Shown: positions 29,509-40,000 of the stretch, piece after piece
How the letters are laid out: each line of letters starts with the position of its first letter
Position numbering within the stretch: the first letter of the stretch is position 1
DNA from: Candidatus Symbiothrix sp.
Lineage (GTDB): Bacteria; Bacteroidota; Bacteroidia; Bacteroidales; Azobacteroidaceae
Direction: 5' to 3'
Length of the DNA: 64,000 bases
Assembly (NCBI GenBank): GCA_031261285.1
Contig: JAISKM010000087.1
Location: 4,516 to 68,515, forward strand
Notes under the pieces: generated by a model
What the model was told of the DNA's origin: nothing
Databases searched by the model: none
The model's input: only the letters and a program-made list of their open reading frames with translations
Position numbers and translations under genes: made by a program

Positions 29509-30528
29509 ATGTCTGCACAATATCCATTAGCTTCAATAATAATTCCTGTTTATAATGCGGAAAAAGATCTGCCTCGTTGTCTTGATAGCATTTTAAATCA
29601 AACGATGAATGATTTTGAGCTGTTTTTAATAAATGATGGTTCAAAGGATTCCAGTGCTGCTATTTGCCGTCAATATGAGCAGATAGATGACCGTATTCGT
29701 TTTTTTGACCAAATCAATCAAGGTGTATCTGTTGCGAGAAATGTTGGTTTAGATAATGCTTTAGGGGAATACATTGTATTTGTAGATAGTGATGACTGGT
29801 TAGAGCCGGAATTTATATCCGCTTATATTGATTCTCAACAGGTTCAACCCGTAGATCTTGTATATCAGGGATTTATCAATGAATTTCAAGAAAACTCTAT
29901 AAAACAATTATTGCCGTTAAAAATTGATTCTCCAGTTACAGAAACATTGCTTGTTGTTGAAACGCAAAACTGTTTGGGTGGTGCTTGTAATAAATTGTTT
30001 AAAAGGTCGATCATAGAAAATTATCACATAAGATTTAACCCTGCGATAAGTTACGGCGAAGATAAAATATTTGCTTTAGAATATTGTCAATACATATCTT
30101 CCATTAGTTTATTGGATACGGCATATTATCATTATAATAGATCAACAGAGGATTCTTTATCAAAAAAACACCATACGAGTGAAGAATTCCTGATTTTAGC
30201 TGAGTCAGAATACAAGTTATTCTTAGAGATCAATCAAAAATATCCTAATGATAAGTTTCTAAAGGCTATAAAGGGAAGTTATATTACGAATAATAAATAT
30301 GCTTTATTGTCATTGTACCGTCCTGAGATGCTGAAATCTAAAAGGGAAAGATTGAAACAACTGAAAAAGATAGCCGGCTTACAAAGAACTTTGGACTATG
30401 ATAGAGCATTTGATCGACATACGCCTAAATTTCTTAATTCAATCATTCGGTTTCAACTGGATTCAGTTCTATTAGCTTTACTTTATTTGCGTACCAATTT
30501 TTCTGTGTTATATACTAAATTGAAATAA
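29509..30528 (+). CDS. GT2 glycosyltransferase
   Basis: SIIIPVYN, NDGSKD and FVDSDD motifs. Confidence 0.9.
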   Translation: MSAQYPLASIIIPVYNAEKDLPRCLDSILNQTMNDFELFLINDGSKDSSAAICRQYEQIDDRIRFFDQINQGVSVARNVGLDNALGEYIVFVDSDDWLEPEFISAYIDSQQVQPVDLVYQGFINEFQENSIKQLLPLKIDSPVTETLLVVETQNCLGGACNKLFKRSIIENYHIRFNPAISYGEDKIFALEYCQYISSISLLDTAYYHYNRSTEDSLSKKHHTSEEFLILAESEYKLFLEINQKYPNDKFLKAIKGSYITNNKYALLSLYRPEMLKSKRERLKQLKKIAGLQRTLDYDRAFDRHTPKFLNSIIRFQLDSVLLALLYLRTNFSVLYTKLK

Positions 30529-30549
30529 TCAGAAAAAGATTCTTTTAAA

Positions 30550-31923
30550 ATGAGATTAGATAAAAACCAATTATTATTTCTTCTCCTATTAATAGAGGCT
30601 ATTGTTGTCTATTTATTAGCACCTAAAGTTTCTAATTATGGATTTAATGTTTTTTGTGCTATTCAGTATATTTTGAGTTGTGTGTTGTTTTTTATTTTAA
30701 AAAAGAAGAAGAATTACTTAGATTTTGATGTCATTTTTATGATAACTTATTTCTTTGCCTTGTTTTTCTACCCAGTCTTCTTATTCGAGAATGATCCTAC
30801 GCGTTTTTTTATGTTTAATTTAGAATTTAATCACGATGTCATATCCAGAGCGACTGCTTTATCATTACTTGGCATGAATGCCTACATTTTTGGAAGTTTT
30901 TTGTGTAAGCAAAAAGGGGGGAGGGAGAATGTTATGCAAAATGTTGGTAAAATTCCAGTGACAAATTTGTTGATGATTGTTATACTGTCATTCTTGGGCT
31001 ATGTCGTATTTGGTGGTTATGGGCAACTGGCAGGAGAGTATTCTGAAGAGGTTCAACAAGGATCATCCATTGCTAAATATGTTTTTATGTTTGTCCCGTC
31101 TTTCCTTTATGCAGCTATAATTATAGGATTTTACAATCTTGTAATAAAGAATCCGAATAAATTTCATTTTATTAATTTAAATAAATTTCTTTTATTTGTT
31201 GTATTAAGTCTTTTTCTTTTAATGTTAGCGACCGGTAGTCGAACAATACCTTTACAAATACTACTAATAATCGCGGGTTTGTACACATTATTTTATAAGC
31301 AATTATCTTTTTTTAAATTAATTCCACTAATTTTTCTTGGAATGATAGGAATGTTTTTCATAGGTATAATGAGAGACCCCAATTCAAGTACAGGAAATTT
31401 TCAATTGATTGATATTTTTATGGATTTAGTGATATGTAACAGAAATTCATTTGTCGCGGCTGATTATGTAGATCAAAATGGGTTAACGTGGGGGCGTTCA
31501 ATGTTAGGGTCTTTTCTCGCTCCTATTCCATTCCTACAGAATATTGTCTGTAGTTTGTTTGGAATTGAAACTTGGACGATTGCATCATCAATGATTATTA
31601 CAATGTTCACTTTTGATGGTGGAGAAGGGTTTGGATTGGGTACTAATATAATTGCGGATATTTATATGTCATTTGGAATGATTGGCGTTATTGTATTAAT
31701 GGCTGCGCTCGGTTATTTTATAAACTATCTACTATATAAATCAAAGTCGAGTATTTATGCCTTGGCAGGCTATGCAATAATGATGTCGTATTCTATATTT
31801 TTAGTTAGAGCTGAATTTACTTTCTTTTTAAGAGTTCTAATATGGACACTTTGCATTATAAATATAGCTAAATTACATAGAATTTCTTATAGTTTTAATT
31901 TAAAGAAACATCTGCAAAATTGA
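30550..31923 (+). CDS. wzy: O-antigen/polysaccharide polymerase
   Basis: Multi-TM protein with GSR and GLGTNIIADIY motifs. Confidence 0.75.
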   Translation: MRLDKNQLLFLLLLIEAIVVYLLAPKVSNYGFNVFCAIQYILSCVLFFILKKKKNYLDFDVIFMITYFFALFFYPVFLFENDPTRFFMFNLEFNHDVISRATALSLLGMNAYIFGSFLCKQKGGRENVMQNVGKIPVTNLLMIVILSFLGYVVFGGYGQLAGEYSEEVQQGSSIAKYVFMFVPSFLYAAIIIGFYNLVIKNPNKFHFINLNKFLLFVVLSLFLLMLATGSRTIPLQILLIIAGLYTLFYKQLSFFKLIPLIFLGMIGMFFIGIMRDPNSSTGNFQLIDIFMDLVICNRNSFVAADYVDQNGLTWGRSMLGSFLAPIPFLQNIVCSLFGIETWTIASSMIITMFTFDGGEGFGLGTNIIADIYMSFGMIGVIVLMAALGYFINYLLYKSKSSIYALAGYAIMMSYSIFLVRAEFTFFLRVLIWTLCIINIAKLHRISYSFNLKKHLQN

Positions 31924-32999
31924 AAGTTTTAATTATAACATCTAATATTGTTCCTACTGGAGGAACGGAGAGAGCTATCTCCAATCTTGCTAATATGTTG
32001 GCTGATAAGGATGTTGATGTGTCAATTATAAGCGTTTCGAGTTTGACTACACAGTCAGCCTATTATCCAATATCTTCAAAAGTAGAGATAACTCATCTTG
32101 AACAACCAGCTATACCTATTGGCGTTAAAAATAAATTAGCTTGGTACTTAAAAACTATTAAGCTATTGAGGAAAGAAATTAAAAGGAGGAATGCAAAGGT
32201 CATTATTGGTGCAGGGCATAATATTAATTCATTACTGCCTTTCTGTAAAGGGAACTCTCAGAGTAAAATTATCGGATGTGAGCATATAGTCTTAAAAACC
32301 ATACCTCTCTTTTCAAGACTGCTCATGAAAACGACGTATCGCTTTCTTGATCAAGTTGTAGTTCTTTCCGAACAAGCCCGAACACAGATGTTATGCTATA
32401 CGTCACATGTTTCTGTTATACCGAATACATTGCCCTTTTTCCCTGAGCAAGCAGCCTTTCTATCTTCAAAGAGAATAATTATGGTAGGGCGTTTAAGTGC
32501 TGAAAAGGGATATGATAGAGTAGCGTCTATAGCAGAGAAATTAAAACTTGATTATCCAGATTGGCATATTGATATATTTGGCAATGGAGGAATGCACGAT
32601 GAATTAGTTGCTTTGTATAAAAATAACGCATTAGATAATTTTATTACAATTCATCCAATTTCAACAAATATTGAACAGGAATATTTGCAAAGTTCAATTT
32701 GTATGATGACCTCATATTCCGAAGCTATGCCAATGGTATTACTTGAGGCAAAAGCCTGTGGCTTGCCTATTATTGCTTATAACTGTGAGGGAACTCAAAG
32801 GTTAATTAATGATGGTAGTGATGGTTATGTCATTGATAATGACTCTCTGGAGGACTTTATAATGAAGGTCGAAAGTCTAATATCAAATCGCACGTTAAGA
32901 TTTAAGATGGGTTCCAAAGGGCGCGAAAATTGTAAACAATTTTTGCCAGACAATATTGCCAAATTATGGATAAATCTTTTTGAAACAATAAAGGACTGA
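31920..32999 (+). CDS. GT4 glycosyltransferase
   Basis: GGTERA, GRLSAEKG and EAMPMVLLEAKACGLP motifs. Confidence 0.88.
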   Translation: MKVLIITSNIVPTGGTERAISNLANMLADKDVDVSIISVSSLTTQSAYYPISSKVEITHLEQPAIPIGVKNKLAWYLKTIKLLRKEIKRRNAKVIIGAGHNINSLLPFCKGNSQSKIIGCEHIVLKTIPLFSRLLMKTTYRFLDQVVVLSEQARTQMLCYTSHVSVIPNTLPFFPEQAAFLSSKRIIMVGRLSAEKGYDRVASIAEKLKLDYPDWHIDIFGNGGMHDELVALYKNNALDNFITIHPISTNIEQEYLQSSICMMTSYSEAMPMVLLEAKACGLPIIAYNCEGTQRLINDGSDGYVIDNDSLEDFIMKVESLISNRTLRFKMGSKGRENCKQFLPDNIAKLWINLFETIKD

Positions 33000-33026
33000 T
33001 TTTATATAAAAACAATAGTAAACAAT

Positions 33027-34091
33027 ATGAATCAAAGTAAATTGCCAATAATTTTTGACAATATTATTTTTTCCTTGCAACGAGCCGGAGGGGCGTCGGC
33101 TTACTGGTTTGAACTTTGTAAACGGGTAATCGTTGACGAAAGTTTTCAATGTCTGTTTTATGAATACAAAAACGCAGAACACAATATTTGTAAACAACAG
33201 TTGCAAATTCCGAAAGATATACTCATCAAAAAAGAAAATAAGCCAATAATTCTCGAACGATATTCTGATTTGCACAGCAAAACCGGCGGTGTTTTCCATT
33301 CCAGTCATTACCGTGATATATGTTCTACGGCGAAGACAAAAGAAGTGACTACAGTACATGATTTTACATACGAAAAATTATTTTCCGGCTTAAGAAAACA
33401 GGTGCATATTTGGCAAAAAACAAAGGCAATTGCCCATTCCGACATTGTGATATGTGTGTCGGAAAGCACGAAAAAAGATTTGTGCACCATGTATCCACAG
33501 TACCAGAACAAAGACATTCGAGTTGTTTACAATGGCGTTTCTGAAGATTATTATCCGCTGTTTCCGAAGACAGATTCTGCAATCCCTTATATTTTGTGGG
33601 TGGGTGCGCGAAACGATTATAAAAATTTTGATTTTGCCGCAAAATGGGTGAGCTCTTTGAAAGATTACGAATTTTGGATTGTTGGGCAACCTCTGTCACA
33701 TGAAGAACAGTTGTTGCTTGATAAGATGTTACCGAATAGAGTTAAATTCATCGGTTCAGTCACCAATGAAATGTTAAATCAACTATACAATAATGCGGTT
33801 TGCTTCTTGTATCCTTCGTCATACGAAGGGTTTGGTATCCCTGTAATCGAAGCTATGCGTGCCGGTTGTCCTGTTATTACTCTCAACACATCTTCGCTGC
33901 CGGAAGTATGCGGGGATGCGGGATTGATGGCCGAAAAATTGGATACAGATAATTTTACCGAATTATTGAATGATGTTGTAGCCCATCGGGAGCAAATTGT
34001 AGCAAAGGGACTGATACAATCAGCTAAATTTTCGTGGGACAAGTGTTATAGTGAAACCTCAGCCATTTATAAGGAATTAAGCAATGATTAA
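33027..34091 (+). CDS. GT4 glycosyltransferase
   Basis: YPSSYEGFGIPVIEAMRAGCP motif. Confidence 0.9.
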   Translation: MNQSKLPIIFDNIIFSLQRAGGASAYWFELCKRVIVDESFQCLFYEYKNAEHNICKQQLQIPKDILIKKENKPIILERYSDLHSKTGGVFHSSHYRDICSTAKTKEVTTVHDFTYEKLFSGLRKQVHIWQKTKAIAHSDIVICVSESTKKDLCTMYPQYQNKDIRVVYNGVSEDYYPLFPKTDSAIPYILWVGARNDYKNFDFAAKWVSSLKDYEFWIVGQPLSHEEQLLLDKMLPNRVKFIGSVTNEMLNQLYNNAVCFLYPSSYEGFGIPVIEAMRAGCPVITLNTSSLPEVCGDAGLMAEKLDTDNFTELLNDVVAHREQIVAKGLIQSAKFSWDKCYSETSAIYKELSND

Positions 34092-34182
34092 AAACAAATA
34101 CACAATCATCCAGAAAATACGTTTAGCGTATTGCTTAGTACGAACAAAATTACTGTGTCGGCAAGCACGCCTTATCCGTTAA
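34084..34182 (+). pseudogene. 5' stub of the acetyltransferase whose full copy starts at 35207
   Basis: MIKNKYTIIQKIRLAYCLVRTKLLCRQARLIR*; 12 mismatches in 93 nt versus 35213-35305. Confidence 0.8.
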
Positions 34183-34192
34183 AAAATGAGAA

Positions 34193-34390
34193 ATGAAAAA
34201 TAACAAATTGAAAAAACTCAATCCGGAGTTGGCGGTTGAATATCGGGATTTTTTGCGGGAAATCCTTACAAAAATTCAATCGGCACGCTACGAAATGCTC
34301 ATGTCCGTAGGCAAACAAAGGAGAGTTGTCATTTCTTGCATCGTGTCCAAAAACAGAAATGAACCCTCCCTATGCTTCTTCATGGCATGA
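34193..34390 (+). pseudogene. YhcG/DUF1016 N-terminal fragment
   Basis: YRDFLREILTKIQSARYEML...; similarity is lost after about 42 aa. Confidence 0.5.
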
Positions 34391-34436
34391 AATTTTCGCT
34401 CTTCTTTTACAATAAACAAATAATATAACGAAAAAA

Positions 34437-35206
34437 ATGAGAAAGACTAATACCATTGTTGTTCAGGAAACCAACATTTCTATAACCAAGGTTAATGATG
34501 AAGATTATATTTGCCTGACTGATATGGTCAAGGCAAACAAAGAAAGTAGTCGAACAGAAATACTAATTCAGAGTTGGATGCGACGCAAAGACACGATTCT
34601 TTTTTTAGCGGCATGGGAAAGTTTATATAATCCGGTTTTTAATTACATCGAATTCGATGTAATTAAAAATAAAGCCGGCGTTAATAGTTTTATATTGACG
34701 CCAAAAGAATGGAATATCAAAACCAATGCCATTGGTGTTATCGCAAAAACGGGAAGATATGGTGGTACGTATGCGAATGGGGTATAAAACGAGTGTTGAG
34801 CAAAGTGAACTATACATTACATACAGATGCTATAAAAGACTTTGTAATTCCAAAAATAGATGTAGAGCAACAAAAATTATATGTGTATGCCGATGAAGCC
34901 GATTTATTAAATCTTGCTTTGTGGAAATGCACCGCAAAACAATGGCGTGAAGCTAATATTAATCATGCACAAAAGGGATTGAATATTCGGGATGTGGCAA
35001 GCATAAATGAATTAGTTGTGCTTTCAAATATGGAATCATTTAATGTGGAATTGTTAAAAAGAGGTATAGATAAGTCTAAACGTTATGCCTATTTGAGTGA
35101 AATGGCACAAAACCAATTGACGCGTTTAAATGCGATAGATGCAGAAAAAGGTTTTAGAGCGATAGAAACAACACCAAGAGTGAAGGTTCTTAATAATTTT
35201 AAAAGA
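34437..35206 (+). pseudogene. KilA-N domain gene with internal deletion and frameshift
   Basis: DYICLTDM...GRYGGTYA joined near 34775 to frame-shifted EWGIKRVLSKVNYTLHTDAIK...YADEADLLN. Confidence 0.75.
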
Positions 35207-35800
35207 ATGGCAATTAAAAACAAATACTCAATTTTCCAGAAAATACGTTTAGCGTATTTTTTAATGCGAACAAAATTACTGTGCCGGCGAGCACGAATTA
35301 TCCGCTTCCCATTTGAAATAAGAGGGAAAGAATACATTGATTTAGGAACTGATTTGACAACAGGCGTTGGATGCCGGTTAGAAGCGTTTTCTGAAACAGG
35401 CGAAAAAACAATGCACTTCGGGAACAATGTGCAAATAAACGACTATGTGCATATTTGTTCCATGCAAAATGTTACTATAGGCAACAATGTTCTAATCGCC
35501 GGCAAAGTTTATATTTCAGATAATAGTCATGGGAGTTATAAAGGAGACGAGTTTGATACCTCTCCGGAAATAGAACCGATTAAACGTGCATATTATAAAA
35601 ATCCGGTCGTTATTGAAGATAATGTATGGATTGGCGAAGGCGTAGTAATTTTACCGGGCGTTACGCTTGGGAAAGGTTGTATCGTTGGTGCAAATTCTGT
35701 AGTATCTAAAAGTATTCCGCCTAATGTCATTGCCGTTGGAACTCCTGCAAAGCCAATAAAGCGTTTTAATTTTGAAATACAAAAATGGGCAAAAATATGA
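35207..35800 (+). CDS. LbH O-acetyltransferase
   Basis: [17 protein letters not shown] and VGTPAK motifs; in frame with the upstream KilA C-terminal region. Confidence 0.85.
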   Translation: MAIKNKYSIFQKIRLAYFLMRTKLLCRRARIIRFPFEIRGKEYIDLGTDLTTGVGCRLEAFSETGEKTMHFGNNVQINDYVHICSMQNVTIGNNVLIAGKVYISDNSHGSYKGDEFDTSPEIEPIKRAYYKNPVVIEDNVWIGEGVVILPGVTLGKGCIVGANSVVSKSIPPNVIAVGTPAKPIKRFNFEIQKWAKI

Positions 35801-36891
35801 TATTTGAGCAGTTAACACAACAAATAAAACAAACGCATGATGCGTTACAATGCTACGCGGCGAAAGCCATCAATGCCAGTTTGACTGTCAGAAATTGGTT
35901 AATTGGTTATTATATCGTTGAATATGAACAGAATGGTGAAGACAAGGCAATTTATGGTGGACATCTAATGGAAAAAATGGCGAAAAATTTGCTTAGACAA
36001 GGATTGAAAAATGTATCGGCTGCAGAATTGTCGCGATTTAGACAATTTTACTTTGCCTATCCTCAAATTTCTGGGACACTGTCCCAAAAATCATTGCATC
36101 TGCCGGAATCAATTCTTGGGACATTGTCCCAAGAATTAGTAATTGTTGAAAAGGAGAACTTATTAATAGACCCATTAAAGTTGTTATCTAATTTGTCTTT
36201 TTCTCATTTTGCTGAATTGATAAAAATTAATGATCCCCTGAAACGCACATTTTATGAAATAGAATGTATCAGAGGTACATGGGGAGTCAGGGAATTAAGA
36301 AGACAAATCAATTCATTGTTTTTTGAGCGAACCGGACTAAGTAAAAATCCCGGAAAATTAATTGCTCTTGCGCAAACGGATAATGAACATATCAGTATCA
36401 ACGAAATTATAAAATCTCCGTTTTCATTGGATTTTTTAGGATTAAATGCGAGAGATATTGTCCTTGAATCCGATATTGAGGTGGCGATTATGGAAAACAT
36501 ACAACATTTCTTGTTAGAATTAGGAAATGGGTTTTGTTTCGAAGCTCGTCAAAAAAGGATTCTGATAGAAGATGAATATTTTTTCATAGATTTGGTGTTT
36601 TATCACCGGATTTTGCATTGTCATGTGCTTATTGAAATCAAAGCCGATGAATTTAAGCATGAATACATTGGACAGTTGAATGCCTATTTGGAGCATTACA
36701 AACGAAAAGAGATGCAGGTAGGCGATAATCCACCTGTAGGTATTTTACTGGTTACAAACAAAAACAATACATTGGTGGAATATGCCAAAGGCTCAATGGA
36801 TAATCATCTTTTTGTGTCAAAGTATTTATTGGAGCTACCGGCAAAAGAAGTCTTGGAAGCTATTATTGAAAGTGAAATACTACAACATTAA
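35797..36891 (+). CDS. YhcG/DUF1016 PD-(D/E)XK nuclease-domain protein
   Basis: RNWLIGYYIVEYEQ, FCFEARQKR, DLVFYHRILHCHVLIEIK and GQLNAYL motifs. Confidence 0.9.
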   Translation: MIFEQLTQQIKQTHDALQCYAAKAINASLTVRNWLIGYYIVEYEQNGEDKAIYGGHLMEKMAKNLLRQGLKNVSAAELSRFRQFYFAYPQISGTLSQKSLHLPESILGTLSQELVIVEKENLLIDPLKLLSNLSFSHFAELIKINDPLKRTFYEIECIRGTWGVRELRRQINSLFFERTGLSKNPGKLIALAQTDNEHISINEIIKSPFSLDFLGLNARDIVLESDIEVAIMENIQHFLLELGNGFCFEARQKRILIEDEYFFIDLVFYHRILHCHVLIEIKADEFKHEYIGQLNAYLEHYKRKEMQVGDNPPVGILLVTNKNNTLVEYAKGSMDNHLFVSKYLLELPAKEVLEAIIESEILQH

Positions 36892-36914
36892 AAGTTTAAT
36901 TCCGACACTCAAAA

Positions 36915-38060
36915 ATGGACAAAAATATGAATATTTTAATTACCGGAGGTGCCGGATTTATCGGCTCAAACCTCGCATTGGCATTAATAAGTAAAGGCTA
37001 TACGGTGACCGTATTGGACAATTTATCGCCACAAATACACGGCGAAAATCCGAAAGAGACCTCTCCGTTGTACAAATCCATACAAGGGAAAGTTAATTTT
37101 ATAGCGGGTGACGTGACTTCCAAAACAGATTGGGAACGCGCGTTGGTCAATCAAGATGTGGTCGTGCACTTAGCGGCAGAAACCGGTACAGGGCAAAGTA
37201 TGTATGAAATAGAAAAATACACTCGTGTCAATATTGGAGGCACTGCGCTACTATTGGATATTCTCACTAATCAAAAACACACGGTAAAAAAGGTAGTTGT
37301 GGCGTCATCAAGGGCTATTTATGGCGAGGGGAAATACCTGTGTCAAAAATGTGGCGTGGTATATCCAACTGCCCGCAAAGATGAGGATATGAAGCGTGGT
37401 GATTTTGAATGTAAATGTCCTCAATGTAATGGTGAACTGACCTTGCAGGCGACAAGTGAAGACAGCAAAATACATCCTACTTCTGTTTATGGAATTACCA
37501 AACAAAATCAGGAACAGATGGTCATGACTGTTTGCCCCACTATCGGCGTAGCAGGAGTGGCTTTCCGTTATCAAAATGTGTATGGACCGGGGCAGTCATT
37601 GTCAAACCCTTATACCGGAATATTGTCGATATTTTCAACGCAAATAAAAAACAATAACCCAATCAATATCTTTGAAGATGGAAGGGAAACGCGTGATTTT
37701 GTTTATATAGATGACGTTGTTGCAGCTACAGTATTGGGAATAGAACGTGGAGAAGCAAACAATCACGTGTTTAATGTGGGAACGGCCGAAGCAATAGATG
37801 TGATAACTGTAACCGAAGAATTGCAAAAAAACTACGGCGTGCGTGTCCCGACCAACATCTCAGGCAACTATCGCTTAGGAGATATTCGACATAACTATGC
37901 AGACCTGACATTGATAAAGCAGCGATTAGGCTTTGTACCCAAAATAAATTTTGTTGAAGGAATAAAAAAATTCGCAGCATGGGTAAGCGAACAAGCGGTA
38001 CAGGTCGACAAATACACCGAGTCTATTGAAGAATTAAAGTCAAGAGGATTATACAAATGA
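36915..38060 (+). CDS. NAD-dependent epimerase/dehydratase
   Basis: GGAGFIGS and YGITK motifs; CxxC...CxCxxC insert. Confidence 0.88.
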   Translation: MDKNMNILITGGAGFIGSNLALALISKGYTVTVLDNLSPQIHGENPKETSPLYKSIQGKVNFIAGDVTSKTDWERALVNQDVVVHLAAETGTGQSMYEIEKYTRVNIGGTALLLDILTNQKHTVKKVVVASSRAIYGEGKYLCQKCGVVYPTARKDEDMKRGDFECKCPQCNGELTLQATSEDSKIHPTSVYGITKQNQEQMVMTVCPTIGVAGVAFRYQNVYGPGQSLSNPYTGILSIFSTQIKNNNPINIFEDGRETRDFVYIDDVVAATVLGIERGEANNHVFNVGTAEAIDVITVTEELQKNYGVRVPTNISGNYRLGDIRHNYADLTLIKQRLGFVPKINFVEGIKKFAAWVSEQAVQVDKYTESIEELKSRGLYK

Positions 38061-39046
38061 GCATTTTTGCAAATAAAAAAATCCTGTTTTTTTCATCGCA
38101 ATTATTTGGATATGAAATAGATATAAAATCCAAAATGGAAGCATTAGGAGCGAGTGTTGATTATTTTGACGATCGTCCTTCTAATACTTTTTTTACCAAA
38201 GCATGTATTAGGATAAATCCTAAAATCTTGGATAAAAAAATAACTGACTACTATAATAACATTGTTGAAAAAGTCAAGGAGAAAGACTATGATTATATAT
38301 TTTTTATTAAAGGAGAAGCGATTTCTAAGACGATATTGAAGCGGTTAAAACAGGAACATCCTCGTGCCAAAATGATATTGTATTTATGGGATTCTATCCG
38401 CAACAATAGAAATGCACTTAATAATTTGGACTGTTTTGATAAGATATTGTCTTTCGACAAAGACGATGTGCAAAAATATGGATTTGTTTTTAGACCATTG
38501 TTTTACACCGATGCCTACAAAGGTCTTGCAACAGGAACTTCGTTTGTTTACGATGCCCTTTTCGTAGGGACGGTACATAGTGACAGATACCTCTTTATAG
38601 AAAATATTAAGCAACAAATGTCAGCTTTTGCGAAAACTCTGTATACCTATTATTTCTTTCCGAGCATTATTTTATATTACAGAAAAAAAATAGTCGATCG
38701 AACATTCAAAAAAACAAAAAGTTCCAATTTCCAATTTTCTGCTCTTTCAAAAGAAAAATTGCTCACATTGGTAAATCAATCTTTTTGTTTGGTTGACGTC
38801 CAACATCCGAAACAAACCGGATTAACTATGCGTACGATTGAAGCCCTTGGTGCGCACAAAAAATTAATCACAACTAATGAAACTATCAAGGATTATGATT
38901 TCTATAATCCTCATAATATTTTGGTTGTTAACAGAGAAAATCCAATCATAAAAGTAGAGTTTTGGAATACGCCTTATCAGAATATAGAATCCGATATTTA
39001 TAAGAAATATTCCATTGAATCTTGGTTAAATGATATTGTACACTAA
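38057..39046 (+). CDS. Polysaccharide biosynthesis protein (glycosyltransferase-like)
   Basis: LYLWDS, FVGTVHSDR and GLTMRTIEALG motifs; operon context. Confidence 0.6.
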   Translation: MSIFANKKILFFSSQLFGYEIDIKSKMEALGASVDYFDDRPSNTFFTKACIRINPKILDKKITDYYNNIVEKVKEKDYDYIFFIKGEAISKTILKRLKQEHPRAKMILYLWDSIRNNRNALNNLDCFDKILSFDKDDVQKYGFVFRPLFYTDAYKGLATGTSFVYDALFVGTVHSDRYLFIENIKQQMSAFAKTLYTYYFFPSIILYYRKKIVDRTFKKTKSSNFQFSALSKEKLLTLVNQSFCLVDVQHPKQTGLTMRTIEALGAHKKLITTNETIKDYDFYNPHNILVVNRENPIIKVEFWNTPYQNIESDIYKKYSIESWLNDIVH

Positions 39047-39055
39047 TTTAAAATC

Positions 39056-39205
39056 ATGAAACAATTCCTTTTTACCGGTGCCAACGGCTTCCTTGGCAGA
39101 AATATCCAGCTGTTTTTAGAAGCAGACGGCTATGCTATTTCTAAATTGGATATTGCAAATGCCGACATCGAATGTAATATCAGTAACAATGTTGATAACT
39201 TTTAA
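39056..39205 (+). pseudogene. 5' stub of the epimerase whose full copy starts at 41326
   Basis: MKQFLFTGANGFLGRNIQ...DIECNISNNVDNF*; 13 mismatches in 118 nt versus 41363-41480. Confidence 0.82.
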
Positions 39206-39267
39206 ACTATAAAAACGTCCAATGGGTGGTTATAAATTCGCATCAAAAAAACGTAATACTCTCTCTC

Positions 39268-39329
39268 TGCCAAAACAGGGAATGAAACGTTGCCAAAACA
39301 GGGAATGAAATGCTGCCAAAACAGGGAAT
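39268..39329 (+). repeat. 23-bp tandem repeat (2.7 copies) upstream of AAA gene promoter
   Basis: tgccaaaacagggaatgaaaYGY units. Confidence 0.8.
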
Positions 39330-39386
39330 TTGTTTTGTAAATTGCTTATAATATGTTATCTTTGCTCTTTAAAAAAAAGAATATAA

Positions 39387-39968
39387 ATGGAAGAAAAAAA
39401 ATACCTGAATAGAATTTGTGATGACTTGCTACAGCAGTCCTTACAATCTTCCGGCGCAGTGCTTATAGAAGGAGCAAAGTGGTGTGGGAAAACAAGTATG
39501 GCAATGAAAGCTGCAGCAAGTTCGCTGTTTATGCAGGACCCCGACAAATCAAAATCATATCAAAATCTTGCCGACAATGTAACTGCTCATACAGGCACAG
39601 GCAGGATTTCGCGCTTATTGATGCGCCCAATGAGTCTGTACGAATCGTTGGAATCGAACGGCTCTGTTTCACTACAAGATTTATTTGAAGGAAAAACAAA
39701 TATAGAGGCAATGAGTACTTTGAGTATTGAACAAATGGCCTTTGTTATATGTCGTGGTGGCTGGCCCCAATCGGTAAAACAAAAACCCGGTTCAGCATTG
39801 CGCATGGCTGCCAATTATGTTGATGCGGTAATAAACCTTGATGTGCAAAGGGTTGACGGCATAGAGAAAAATCCGGAAAAAGTGCGCGTGTTGCTGCGTT
39901 CCTTAGCACGAAATATAGCCGTTATTGTAATAGCTGTTACAGTAACTGTGGTTACAATTCAAAAATAA
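39387..39968 (+). pseudogene. AAA ATPase (DUF4143 family), internally deleted and 3'-truncated
   Basis: GAKWCGKTS Walker A; Walker B segment missing between YQNLA and DNVTAHTGTGR; ends after LARNI. Confidence 0.75.
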
Positions 39969-40000
39969 TTTGTATCTTTGCAGCGAATAAAAATAGTTGA

